A DNA stretch of 64,000 nt. It comes from Macrostomum lignano. Lineage: Eukaryota. A model generated the notes under the pieces. That model was given only the letters and a program-made list of their open reading frames with translations, was not told where the DNA came from and ran no database searches. The position numbers and the translations under genes are program-made. This document shows, piece by piece, positions 32,532-44,659 of the stretch. The stretch is from NCBI GenBank assembly GCA_002269645.1, contig NIVC01002582.1:95748-159747 (forward strand). Reading direction: 5' to 3'. Positions within the stretch are counted from its first letter, which is position 1. The number at the start of each line of letters is the position of its first letter.

Positions 32532-34015
32532 TCACAGGTCATCATCTGACGAATCGTTACTGTCGCCGTCGACTCCGTCGCCACCGCCGCCGCTACCGCC
32601 GCCGCCGCCGCCACCGCCGCCGCTTGCAGTTGGAAGCAGTGCTGTCGACGGATCTGAGCAAGTTGGCTCGCTCGCCTTTTTTGAGCTGCGGTTCCGGCGG
32701 GTTCTGGCAGTGCGGCGGAAGACTCTGCCTAATTCGGCATCCTGTATGACGCATCTGTCAGCCTCTTCAAGTTTGCTGACGAGGTACGCCTTTATGGCCG
32801 CCTTTTTCGAGCTGTCTGGCTCAATCCAATTGGCAGACTTGGCAGTATTGGTCTGACGACCAGCCCAGGATGCGGTCTTGAAGTCCGAATCGGAACAGAC
32901 AGCCGATATAACGAGCCGAATGGCTCGCCTGCGACTCTTCTGATTCCTTGGTGCTTGCCTCAGTCCTTTCGTGGCAGCATCCAACTCGGGCAGGTCGGAC
33001 CGGCGAACCAGTATTGTAGGAAATTCAGCCATCAGTGGTACACGACGGTCGCTGGACGAGGCACATGCTGAGGTGATCGACGACGAAATAGTACTAATAG
33101 CTAAGGCTATAGACTGATTGAAAAATCACCGCCAATACGCGCCGACCTTGAGCCGATTTGCTCACGCGCCGATCCTGAGCCGCCTGTCCGCCTCATCGCG
33201 ACAAGCGTCCCGTAGCTCGCGACATTCGGCGTCCAGGTTTCGGCAACGCGAACGCGTCTGCAGGTAGGCGTCTGCAGGCTCCGACCCAAGTGACGCCGCC
33301 GATTTTAACAGGTTGTTGTGCGACGCTCACTAAACAGTTGGATGTACGCAGCTTAGGAGTCGTGAGTCAATGCAGAGCCAGCAAACACTGCAGCCCCATT
33401 CCTCCTGCCTGGCTGCATGGCGACCTCAGCAGCACCAGCATCATCATCAGCATCATCGTCATCACAGCCACACGGATCTAGATCTTCGGCAGACATAGGC
33501 GCACCGCCCCAATAGTCGTCATCCTGGGCAAGGTCGCCATCTGGATCAACGACCATGTGCTTTACATCTTCATCATCGGAGTAGTTCGAGCCAACAGGCT
33601 CAATTGTCTTCTGCATCGTGACACCGCCAGTCTCACTGGGCGCTCGTGCATTGCTGCCCGTAGCTAAATTGCCACTGTCTTCGTCGGGATCAACGACAAT
33701 AGGCTGCTCATCAGATCCAGCAGGCTCCACCGCCCCCGACTACATGTGGACACTGCAGGTCGTGTCGGCGGCACTGCTGCCGTTAGCCGCACTGCTACCT
33801 GACGCCAGCGGCTTGGTCGTACCAGCAGGCTCCACCGCACCCGCATACGCTTGACGACCGTTACCAGTAGCAGCAGGTGGTAACTGAAGTGTGTTCGCCA
33901 ATGATTTGCGTACTCGACTAAAGCCACGAGCGATGGACCGTGACTTTTTGTCCAGTTCTCGGAGTTGTTCGAGCGACTTTAAATGAAAATTAGGGTTAAG
34001 AATCCGTTGGAGCAT
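32532..34015 (-). pseudogene. Spliced gene with an acidic low-complexity N-region, a coiled coil and a BEN-like C-terminal domain, interrupted by an in-frame TAG
   Basis: ORFs 33740-34015 and 33353-33730 share one frame, separated by TAG at 33740-33742. Exon about 33166-33325 (RCRNLDAECRELRDACRDEADRRLR, donor GTGAGC) is phase-compatible with exon 32532-33051 (RRAIRLVISAVCSDSDFKTASWAGR...SSKKAAIKAYL...ELGRVFRRTARTRR). The BEN call is pattern recognition only. Confidence 0.5.
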
Positions 34016-34235
34016 GCAATGCGTACAATACAGGTCTAAATGAAGACAGGGTTTTAGAACCTGCAGAACTATCTATAATACTGTAGAATGAACTGGACAG
34101 ACATATATACGTGGACACGCACCTCAAGATACATCCAGACAAAAGTAGACAGACGGACCGACAGAACTAGATGCACATCAAGATATAGGGAAGGATAGGT
34201 AGATAGGTGGACAGATGGATAATAGACAGATGATG

Positions 34236-34662
<427 letters not shown>

Positions 34663-34859
34663 ATTCTGATTCTGATTGGCATAAACCAGTCACTGTTTAC
34701 TTATAAAATGTAGAAAGTGGTCTGAACATGACCACTGGTGTGTGCCGCATAACATGTGCCGCTGAGAAGCACAGTACGCTATTCTAGCAAACCTTGCTGA
34801 TAGTTAAAGTTACAGACTAGGGCTGGGCCTTGTCTTGTGCAAGCAGTATCAAATAAAGT

Positions 34860-35010
34860 GTCATTCAGTGACGGCCTTCAATTCAGTGGGCCATGCACCA
34901 GTGGGCTGACCAGAGGGCTTCAGTTCAGTGGTCCGTCAATGGGCCACATCAGGCCACCTGTGGGCTGATCAGTGGGCCTCTGAGAGGGCCGCACTTTGGC
35001 CGCAGTGCCA
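34860..35010. repeat. Degenerate inverted copy of the GCCCACTG modules
   Basis: The reverse complement reads GGCCCACTGATCAGCCCAC...GGCCCATTGACGGACCACTGAACTGAAGCCC, matching the 31110-32320 units. Confidence 0.7.
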
Positions 35011-35873
35011 GAAAATTCTTTGGCGAAATCTTTGCAATTTATTGTCTTAACACAAGTTTGGAAGAAACGAAAAACAGATGAATAAAAATGTAGATAAATG
35101 TTTTCAAAAATTGGCAGCGTGGGAGGAATGTATAAATATATTTTTGGCTATGATTTTTAGAGAATCAAAAAGGCCACCATAGTCGATCGCGAACACCATG
35201 CAATTTTGATAGATTAGTCATATATAATATTTTAGAACATGCAACGTGCCATTTTAATTCAGCGAGTTAATGAAAAAAAGTTGATCAAAAATTTCCGATG
35301 CTTAACGCATGAAATTTGGTATTGGAAGGATTCGAAAAAATGAAAGTAACAATGCTTTCATTAATTTGAAGAAAAGTGAAAAAAATTACTTAGATTTCAA
35401 ACCTCAAGAAACGTAAAACTTGCTGAAAAAATATTGTTTGCTTTGGACGTTAGCTTTGTTTAATATGATCTGTGTAGGGCCTAGATTGATTTCATAATAA
35501 AGACACGACTCCCTATACGTCACGAATCTATATTCACCTAACTGATCACATTCATCTAACTATGAATTATATACATCCTACATGTTCATCATTCAAACTT
35601 ACTCCTAGCTACATATAACATCAAGCCAGAGGTCATCCACTGGTAGCATCTTAGAAACCACTTGGCTTAAGTAAACTTAAAATCAGACAAATAAACTCTC
35701 TTCTTTGGGGAATAGGTCATGTTACTAATAGTAGCTTATTCAAAAAATTACGAGCTCGTAGTAAAGTTTGATACTTTCAGAAGCAATTCTTTAAAAATTT
35801 CCACCTTACCATGCTGGATATTGTACTTTAGTAAAGTTTCCGCGAGTGTACGTATTTGATGCGTTCAAAAAAA

Positions 35874-38800
35874 TCAAAACTTTGGAAAGAAGAGCAGCTT
35901 TAATAGTGTAGATTTGTAGCACGGTATCTGCCGGTTACCAGTCTCATTGAGAACATCTGATGTCACCTTGGGCAGTAAATGTGTGAACTCTACTGGCGAA
36001 TCCGGACTGTCATCGCTGTAAGCCTCGAGAACTGAGTCTTTGAACTTTTGAATGAACACGGTACCTGTGTTGAGATTACGATCTGACTTGTCACACTCAA
36101 CGACGCTGTAGATATAAAGCGAGTCCTCATTCTTCCAGAAATTTTCAAGACCGTGGCAAACTCGGAGTGTTATCTCCCGTGGGACGTGACGACAGGCCTG
36201 TGTAATGAAAATCTTCGGTTTTCCTTTCAGCCATTGGTGAATTTGAATGGGCCCGAAAAGTTCGTCTAATTTGACTTCAGCTCCGTCTGACGAGTACACG
36301 GAGCCCAGGAAACCATGCGACATGATGCACAGCAAGAACGCAGTGCAATTTTTGTACTCGTCCTCCGTGAATAATATTCTCAGCTCTCTGACCTCATCGA
36401 AAAAGGCTCTGCCCACGTCTCGTAACAGATGATACTTAAAACCCAGCTTTTGCAGACTCAGGGGCAAGCAGTCGAGCTCATCGTCTCTCTCAGCCCCGAC
36501 GCGTGTTTGAAGTCGTGCAGGATCGTTAAATATGATATTGTTGATCACAATGGCCAATCGATCATCTGAGTTGCCAACGTCGTATCGTTGCCTTTGAGTA
36601 GCTGTCGCCCCACCAGAAGATGCTGAGCCACCCGCAGTTCCCTGCGCAGATCCGCCAGCAGAACCTCCAGCTGAGGCGCCAACACCACCTGCTGAGTTGT
36701 CCGGGTCCTCTGGATTTTCATGCTCCAAATAGACTTGGCCTTGATTGGTTTGATTCGGCAGCTGTCTAATGCTGAAAGTTTTCAAATTGTCGTAAATGTA
36801 CATTCAAATAAACTTTATTTTTGGCAAGTCTTATTTAAGCATCACAAAACTCACCACTCTCGAATAAAAGCTGCACACTCCCAATGCTTTCCCAGCTCGG
36901 CCCACTGCAGGCTTGTTCTCTTGTACTCTCCAACAACTTCCCAATCTTGTAGGCTATCGATGCGCTCACTCAGAACCTTCAAAACCTCCTGACAGCCCTG
37001 TCGAGCGGCCCAAATAACTGGTGTATTACCAAATCGATCAGCATGTCTGATGCTGGATCCGGAGTCAAGCAATATTTTCACCACTTTAGCGAAGTTTTTT
37101 TTCGCTGCATGCGTCAAAGCGGTGTAGCCAAGCCGATCCTGTAAAAATTGTTGTGTCTCCAGCTTGGTTGTGTATTTTAAGTGTGTAATTGCAATTTTCT
37201 CGTGAACTCACCTCGAGATTGAGATCTGCATCCATCTGTAGCAGCTCTGAAACTACTTCATCATGGCCAGAGTGAGCTGCGAGCATCAAAGGCGTCTGTC
37301 GCATGTTATCGGGCCTGTTCGTCTCAATCTGCAGTACGTTTTCGTCCAGAATTCGCCGAAACACTTTCACCGGTTGCAGGTGGCCGAGAAAGCTCGCCCA
37401 ACTCAGAGCGGATCTGCCTGATACGTCGCAAATCGAGGCGACTGCTGGGACCTTTTCTAATAGCTTCTCGACTATGTCGCTTCTGTTCTTCTTGGCAGCA
37501 ATTACCAGCAGCGTCTCCTTAAATGGCGGCAGCTGAATACTTAAGTCCGATGAGCTGTGAACGTGACGATTAAGATCTTCATCACTCCAATCTTGTGGTC
37601 TCCTGTAAAATGAACAAATGATGCTACAGAGATAATTGTAAAATGTACCTTTGATCCGTGTTATTTTCATTGAAAAAAATACTTTAGTCACTAACCTTCG
37701 TGCAGGTTTCGTCGTGTACTCATTCAGTACAAGGTTCTTTAGCTTATTTCTCAAACGTTCAACATTATCCCAGTCTCTTGTGTCGAATGCCAGACGATTT
37801 TCGGTTAGTATAGTTTCCATTTTGGCTAGACAGAACTGTACTTGCTCCTTAGAGCTACTGTAATGAGCGATGGTCATGTGCTCTTCAAAGTCAGGGTACT
37901 CCTGTAATTTCGAAAACCAGGCATCAAGTTCGCTGTTTGTAGCTCCTAACAGCTCGGCTCTCAGGCTCCACGCGAGGCAGCAGAAGTTCACGTACAGATG
38001 AGAGCTTCCTGTCCTGGATTTTCGAATAACAAGCAGGTTTCTGGTAAATTCTGGCAGGCATGAGAAATTCACAACTTCTGAAGGACAGGGAAGACAGAAT
38101 CGCCATGCCCAATCTGTGCCCTGAAACACTTGATGCATATTTTCGATTTGATCTGGCTTCCAGCTTCTCATCACCGTGTGGTTGTCAAGTCCTTTCAGAA
38201 CTTTTTTTGCGGCTTCGAAGTCTTCAACTTTATATAGCAGTAGAATATTCAAACAAGCTGCTGTAGTCTTGCACCAAGTCAGATTCTCTAGAGGTTTTAA
38301 GAGTGCCATGGCATCACCAGCCTTGTCCGAAAACAGTTCAAAGTAGCTACGAACCACATCGTACAGCTTTCCGAATGTAGAGACGGTGATTTCTGAGTTT
38401 CCTTCAGTCTGCAACGGGTTCAAGGCTTGCAGTGGAACCATTGTGAATGGATGAAAATAGAAATTTTCATTCTGCAGTGGCTTCAGCTGGTGCTGCAGCT
38501 TTTGTACGACAGCTTCGGCTAGGTTAGTTGTGCGAAGTCGCTTGAGCTGGTCTCGAACCCTCGATTTCGTTTGCTGAAAGTCGCCACCGACACCAGCATT
38601 GGCAAAGTACAGAGGGCTGTCCGGGAGAAAAAAACTCGGCATACATATGTCCGGATCGGGACCTGAGTCGATGAACTCGAGTAGTTTATCGAGCGACTCG
38701 TTTAAAAGCCGAATTAAGTTATCTGGCCTCCAAATTTGTTCATCAAAACCGTGCTCATGAAGTAAGTAAAGCAGCAATGTCTTGGCGTGGTACGTCTTGA

Positions 38801-41577
38801 GACCCGCTGTAGCGACTTGACCAGAGACAAGTCTATTGAGTACGAACTTCATGAGGATGTAAAGTTGACCTTGACAATCAGTTAAACTCCTCATGATGGC
38901 TTTTTCCAGAAAGCTGAAGCTAATCCGAAGTTCGTGGTCAGCAGTGGGTCTGGCTGCTCGAACCAGATGCAAAGGCAGTGCGTTTGCTTCAAAGCAGCCA
39001 CGCATAACTGTCTGCTCAGCAATCGAGTTGGAGCAGCAGGGATTGGCAAAGCAGAAGCTCTCAGCCGGCTTGGAGCCGCATTCTGCAGCAGTCATAGCTG
39101 GTTCACTTCCTGGAAGAGTTTTAAAATACACAGCGCGTCACTACATGTAGTTAGTAAAATATAACATAACAATTAATTCAAGTCAAATTTACTCGTTCTC
39201 AGTGGCCTTACCAATCATAGCATCCACTTGAACATAACCTTGTTTAACTTCAAATCTGGTTTTCTTCACCGCTTTGCAGCTGCATCCATTGAGTAAGTGC
39301 ACTGGCTCTCGAGGCCCGACAAGACATGTCCAATTAATGTCACAATCATCCGACGCTTGGCCATTTAGCTGGGTCAGACTGGAACCCCATCCCTCAGCGA
39401 AGCTTCCTACTACGTGAATGCCTTCATTGTTCTCGTGAATTTGCCTGACGATATCCTCCATCGAGTCCGCCATTTTTTGCTGCAGTTTAGCTCTCTGCCA
39501 AGTAAATCCAGCTTCTTTCAGCAGCTTGTGAAGAGCAATGCTTTTTGAGGCGTCAGCTTCCAGGCTAAAACAGAGGAAGTTGTTGATCTGACACAGTAAA
39601 AACTATAAGGCATTGATTATTTACAAATAAAGCAAGCTCTGCAATGGGGCAGTTTGGGTCGCGGAATCGGCTTTGAGATCAATTCTGAAGCTCTGAAAAT
39701 TGTAAATACTTTTTGCGAATTTGAATGGCAGAATAGTCCCATCTGGAGAATCTAAGAACCTAAATTTGACCTATATATAAATGTTAACTAGCTAGTGCAC
39801 CGATCGATATGTGCTCGTACCTACCTATACGGCTCACCATATTAGGCCGAGCACTTACATGCAGTGATGCAGATAATAAAATAACTGATTACACCTGCCC
39901 TAATGGGCAGATGTGCAACCGACAGCTCAGCCGCAGCTATTGCGCGGAGCATCTGAAGCCTGCGTACGGCTGTTCAGTCCAAGGACTGGGGGGGGGGGGG
40001 GGTCGCCACACACACACCCTCAATTGCCCCAGCTAATGCTGGCACCCATTTTGATTAGAGCGTCTGACTCAGAAAGGATCTGAAAGGTCGGGGTTTCGAT
40101 TCTCGACCCACTTTGAAAATTTTGTCCTTGAGCAAGACACTACTCTGCATCGCTTTAGTCGACTCAGCTTTTCAGCTGTCGCAGAACAATAGAAAACATT
40201 GTTTTACCACACTTACGGCTGCTCCAACGAAAGGTAGGATGTATCCAAGCCTCTGTACTTTAAGTATTCGCTGAAATATAGTTAGCTCACGGGTACAACG
40301 CGAAGTTTTTGGAATTTTAAAATTTAACAACAATTCACATAAAAAGTCCAACGCAGTTACCCATCAAGCAGTCGCACGATTTGATAATGTCCGAACTTCT
40401 CGGCCAACTGTATGCTGGTATCCTTGTCTTTGTGCAGTGCATTCGCACCGTGGTCAAGCAGCACTTTTGCCGCTCTAACCTGGCCTGTCATGCAAGCCCG
40501 AGTGAGAGCCGTTCTGCCATCATCATCTGTGACGCTGTCAAGGGAGACTTCTATTTCCAGTAGGTGTTGGATTAGTCTGTGCTGGCCAGCATCTGCAGCA
40601 AGCATCAGCAAGTCGCACAGCGGTGCTCTGTCCTCGTTTTCTTCTAAAACCTTTTCCAGCAGAGCTTTCGACGTTTCTATGAGGCCGCCTGATACGCAGC
40701 GAGCCAAAATCTTCCAGGCGTCCGATGAAGATTCAAATTTTTTACTTTTCAAAGTTGCTTTTAACGCTGAGTTGCCGCCAGTAATAATTGTTTTCTCTAG
40801 CAAGTTGAGATCAATGCTCTTAACCTTTTCAATCCTAACAGGTGCTGCTTGGTAAGCAGGTGCGTTCTGCCTGGTAGAGCGCTCAATCGTAAGCTTAATA
40901 GCTAATGATAAACAGCGAAAACTGCAGTTTAGCACTGAAAAATCTCTTTTCGATGCAAAATCAGAAAAATTGTCCGAATCCAGAGGATCAATGTAATCTA
41001 TGATCACTTTTTCATCACTAGAGACATCGAATTCGGTTCGGTCAACGATTGTCTTGCCTTGCGTCTGCTGAAAAAAAACCTCGAATAAATATTTGTTACT
41101 GACTGGACTAACCTGCGACTGGAACTTTTTAAGTAGGTAAATTTGGCGTCGGATACATCCCGTAAACAAAAAAAAACATTTAACCATGTTACCAACGTCA
41201 TGGCTTTCTACTTTAAAACGTGTTTTTTCGCGGTTGTTTTCAAATTCAATAAACTTTTCTATTTCAAAGTCGTGTTCGGACGCTCCAATTATGCCGTAGT
41301 TTAAGGCGAAAGCAGGTTGAACCATATATAGGTATTCACTTGAGATTTCGTTTAACTCAGTTGACGCAATTCTAAATCTTTTTTCTTTCTCTTCTTCTTT
41401 GTCTTTTCTTTCCTTGTCTTTTTGAAACTCCATGCAACATTTGGAAAGTTCTTTCATCACATGCTCTAAAACGCATGCTTCATGCCATAACTCTTTTGTT
41501 TGAAAATCTTTGAATTTCCAGGCTTTCGACCCCGGTCTGCGATAGAATTCTTGCTTTGAAACGATTTCACGGCCCAT
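35874..41577 (-). CDS. Multidomain protein, about 1518 aa: alpha-kinase-like region, ANK x3, Mab-21/cGAS-like nucleotidyltransferase (cGLR), helical region, ANK x6, Gly/Ser linker, caspase (C14)
   Basis: Exons 40361-41577 (donor GTAACT, phase 2), 39212-39564 (GTAAGG, phase 1), 37696-39109 (GTTAGT, phase 2), 37212-37602 (GTGAGT, phase 0), 36855-37138 (GTGAGT, phase 2), 35874-36771; total 4557 nt, no stops. Mab-21 motifs: GSFAEGW, ELRISFSFLEK, LKTYHAKTLLL, CMPSFFLP. Caspase motifs: LAIVINN, R-V-G-A-E-R-D, IMSHG, GKPKIFITQACR, SDRNLNTGTVFIQ, QIP. Further 5' exons are possible (acceptor TTATTTGCAG just upstream of the ATG). Confidence 0.85.
39900..40170. mobile_element. SINE family A with its 5' half inverted, in intron 1 of the cGLR-caspase gene
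   Basis: 39900-40052 is the 3' body in - orientation. 40053-40170 is the head plus CORE-like part in + orientation (GGTTTCGATTCTCGACCC...TGTCCTTGAGCAAGACAC). Confidence 0.75.
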
Positions 41578-42083
41578 GGTGTTGCTATAAACTGCAAATA
41601 AAATAGCTCCGCTCGTACATTCAAAGCTTGTATTGTTGCAAAAGAGCTCAGGAGGCTAAATATCCACCTAAAAGCAGAAATCATGAATGTAGCTTTGCAT
41701 CAACTCGGTTTTTAGTCAAGTTTTAATATACCTTTTGCGCCCTAATTATCAGGTTATTTTCTTGATTCAACTTGGTGCGTGGCGGGAGGTCAGGCGGAGC
41801 AAAAGTTATCAAGATTTGTTAGTATGTTTTGGCCATAGAGAAACAATTAGTAAATGAAACATTCCTCGGTGGGTGGACACTTTCTCTGTTGCTGAGTACA
41901 GATGAGTTATATCTGCTCAACAGTAAAAATTTGATCCCTAGACTAGGGGCAACAGTTATCTTGATTGTAGCGTTCTGCCACTCTAGATTAATTCGACAGC
42001 TCCTACGCTCGTAAGCCCGGAGGGGTAAAAAGCCATATTTAAAATAGCAAATTGAACTAAATCCTAGATATGTCTGCCAAAGG

Positions 42084-42392
42084 AATGGAGCTTTTGTCTA
42101 TGGTAGCAAGGCTGGCACAACAGCTGGCACAGCAGCTGGCACACAGCAACAAGCATAATCAATTTGGTCAATTTAGCAGCATGAATGAAACCCAATCATG
42201 AGTTACAACTGTGTAGTGCAATTTATTTTGAGAGAATTTCACTGTACCAATGTTTGACAGTCTAGCATATAGTCCAAGATCTTGGGGCTGATCTTGCTGA
42301 TCTCCGCAGCAGTTTTAAATGAGACCATGGACCAAATTAGAAAGCTGTTATGCCATACTTGCTACGAGCGTACCATAGACAAAAGCTCCATT
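42084..42392. mobile_element. MITE-like element with 22-bp perfect inverted repeats
   Basis: AATGGAGCTTTTGTCTATGGTA (42084-42105) and TACCATAGACAAAAGCTCCATT (42371-42392). No clear TSD. Confidence 0.65.
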
Positions 42393-43936
42393 ATTTTGAT
42401 TAAACATTCCTTGGATGAAATTCAATGCCTGCAAATCCAGATAGACTAAAAGCTATATTTTAGCACCTAGCTTTTCGACAACCTGAAATTTTGTGATAGT
42501 TCATTGCTCCCTCTCTTCAGACGTAAGCTCTAAAAACTACAAGAAAACTGTCAAAAAAAGCTATCTAAAAGCTATTACGCAGTTAAGCACTCACAAAGGT
42601 ATGCACTGTGCTTCATGACTTTTTTGTACAATTTCCCGTGTCACAGTGACCCTTTAATATGTTAATAAATATGATAGAACGCATGATTTTTACTCACCAA
42701 ACAACTGTGGAGATGACACAGTTTAAATGAGTGGCAAATACAGACAGGAAACTGATAATGTGCTTTTGCTTTTTCTGGTCCCCGCTTGCTTTTCCGAACT
42801 GTGTGTTTATGACAGAAGCTTTCCAAAGCTTTAAATACACCCTTAGCCCGTATCTCGGTTTTGGAAAACCGACGAACTGCGACTGCCTACAGCTATGCTA
42901 CTATTGAACTACCGTAGCTGCTATACGGCACTTAAATTCCAAGCTAGCAGGCATTCCAAGTAAGAGTTTAGAAAGAGAGAGAGACAGAGAATAGACAGAG
43001 TGCTGTGACTGAAGACAGAAATTTCTTTCCTGTCTGCATGGCGGTACTGTACAGCGAACCACAAAGAGAAGGCCCAGTGGCTGTTTGAGGAGGCCATAGC
43101 AACTTAGGGAGAGAGGGACAATTGCCTGTCTGGAGTCTGTTGAGACCCGTCTCCGTCCTTTCCTCGCGCTGTGCACGTTAGATTCAAGTTAAATATACGT
43201 TAGGACATATGCATACATATTTAACTGAGGCTTTTCTCTCACTGCGTTTATTAGATATACCGCATACTTTTTCTAATCGGATCTTTCTAGCACCAAGATT
43301 GTCGTTGGTAAAACCTCATTTGATGTGATGCATGTGTGCAAAAAAATACTGTCTGAGAACACACAGCAGTACCTCAAATCGAACAGATTACTGAACTTTA
43401 TACGGAAACTGAAATTTGAGCAACTACACGCAACCAGTTAGGTACGAAATAGTTTACCTTGCACCTCGTAAACTCAATAGTTTACCTTACCTTACACCTT
43501 GCACCTCGTCTCTATTGAACTGTAGAACTGCAAAACGATTTGACATGCTGAGCAAAACTTACATGTATGACAACTTTAAGCATGCACGCATGGGTCCACA
43601 CAGTTTGGAGACTTTTGCAACATCCCTCGTATATGTCTGCTCTCTACTACCCGTAATGTCTGGAATAACCTAGCTGGCAAACAAACCCCCCTTGCGATGA
43701 AAATTTCGATTAGTCATAAAAATAGCTATTTCAGCTTCTCCTCGCTTTTAATAAAAAATTATTTTTGAAAAAGTATTAAAATCGACATTGTTGTCTTCCT
43801 TAAAGAAGTTAGCGTTTTATACTACTTAAACAATGCTTCGTTAGTAGTGCTTTTGAAAAATTTATCAATCGAAACAAGCCAAATGAAATATTATTCCAAG
43901 CTGATAGTCATTGTATTTGACAGGTCAGGTTCATGC

Positions 43937-44272
43937 GGCGCACTTTTAGCGACATTGTCGCACAACCGGCGAGAGGCATTGCTGCCCATTCCGCCGACTC
44001 CCCTGAGCAGGCACACAAGCGCGCCGATACGTACGCAGTCAAACACTGCAGGCACACACTCACACAGGAGTGCACAGCGGCCCTAACTTTATTTATCGTT
44101 AGGCATGTACACTTCACTGTGCCTTGGGGGGTTGGCCCTCAAGGCCGTTAATTGCACGAGCAGAGCCAAGCCGAGATTCCAATTCAGCCCCAAATTAATG
44201 TGACTGCACTTGGAATCGAGCCCGGGCCGCTGGGATATCAAAGCGCCACTCTGGACTACTGGGCAACGGGCC
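43937..44272 (-). mobile_element. SINE family B
   Basis: Strong match to the other B copies, including the head GGCTCGATTCCAAG on -. Confidence 0.78.
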
Positions 44273-44659
44273 CCGTTTTAGACCAATATTTTTAGTATAA
44301 TGGATTTCATTCTCAATAGTTGAAATCTTGCTATAAAAGGTAGAAATTTACATTCTGTTATAGTTAAAGATTAAAAATATACAATTGTTGAGCGGCATAT
44401 AGGCTCAAAGTACGGTTTTGCAGAGATTTGAATTTCTGCGCAGAGCTGAATGGGGTTTTGCCATAAACATATACATGGACATAGAATAAACCAAACTAAT
44501 GCACATGCAATCGTTTTTGTATCCTTGCCTAATAATAATATTATAATAAGATAGCATTTTGCAAGCCATTTGATATTACGAACAAGCAATTTAATAATCT
44601 GTGGGGAAACCCTGTGCAAAAAGGTAGATTTTTCAGTACTTATGGTCCAAACCATGGGC

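Noticed and set aside
39141-39193. Alternative intron GA|GTAAAT...CATGTAG in the cGLR gene
   Set aside because: It shifts the frame out of the Mab-21 ORF. The GTAAGG donor at 39211 with the TTCCAG acceptor at 39110 keeps the frame.
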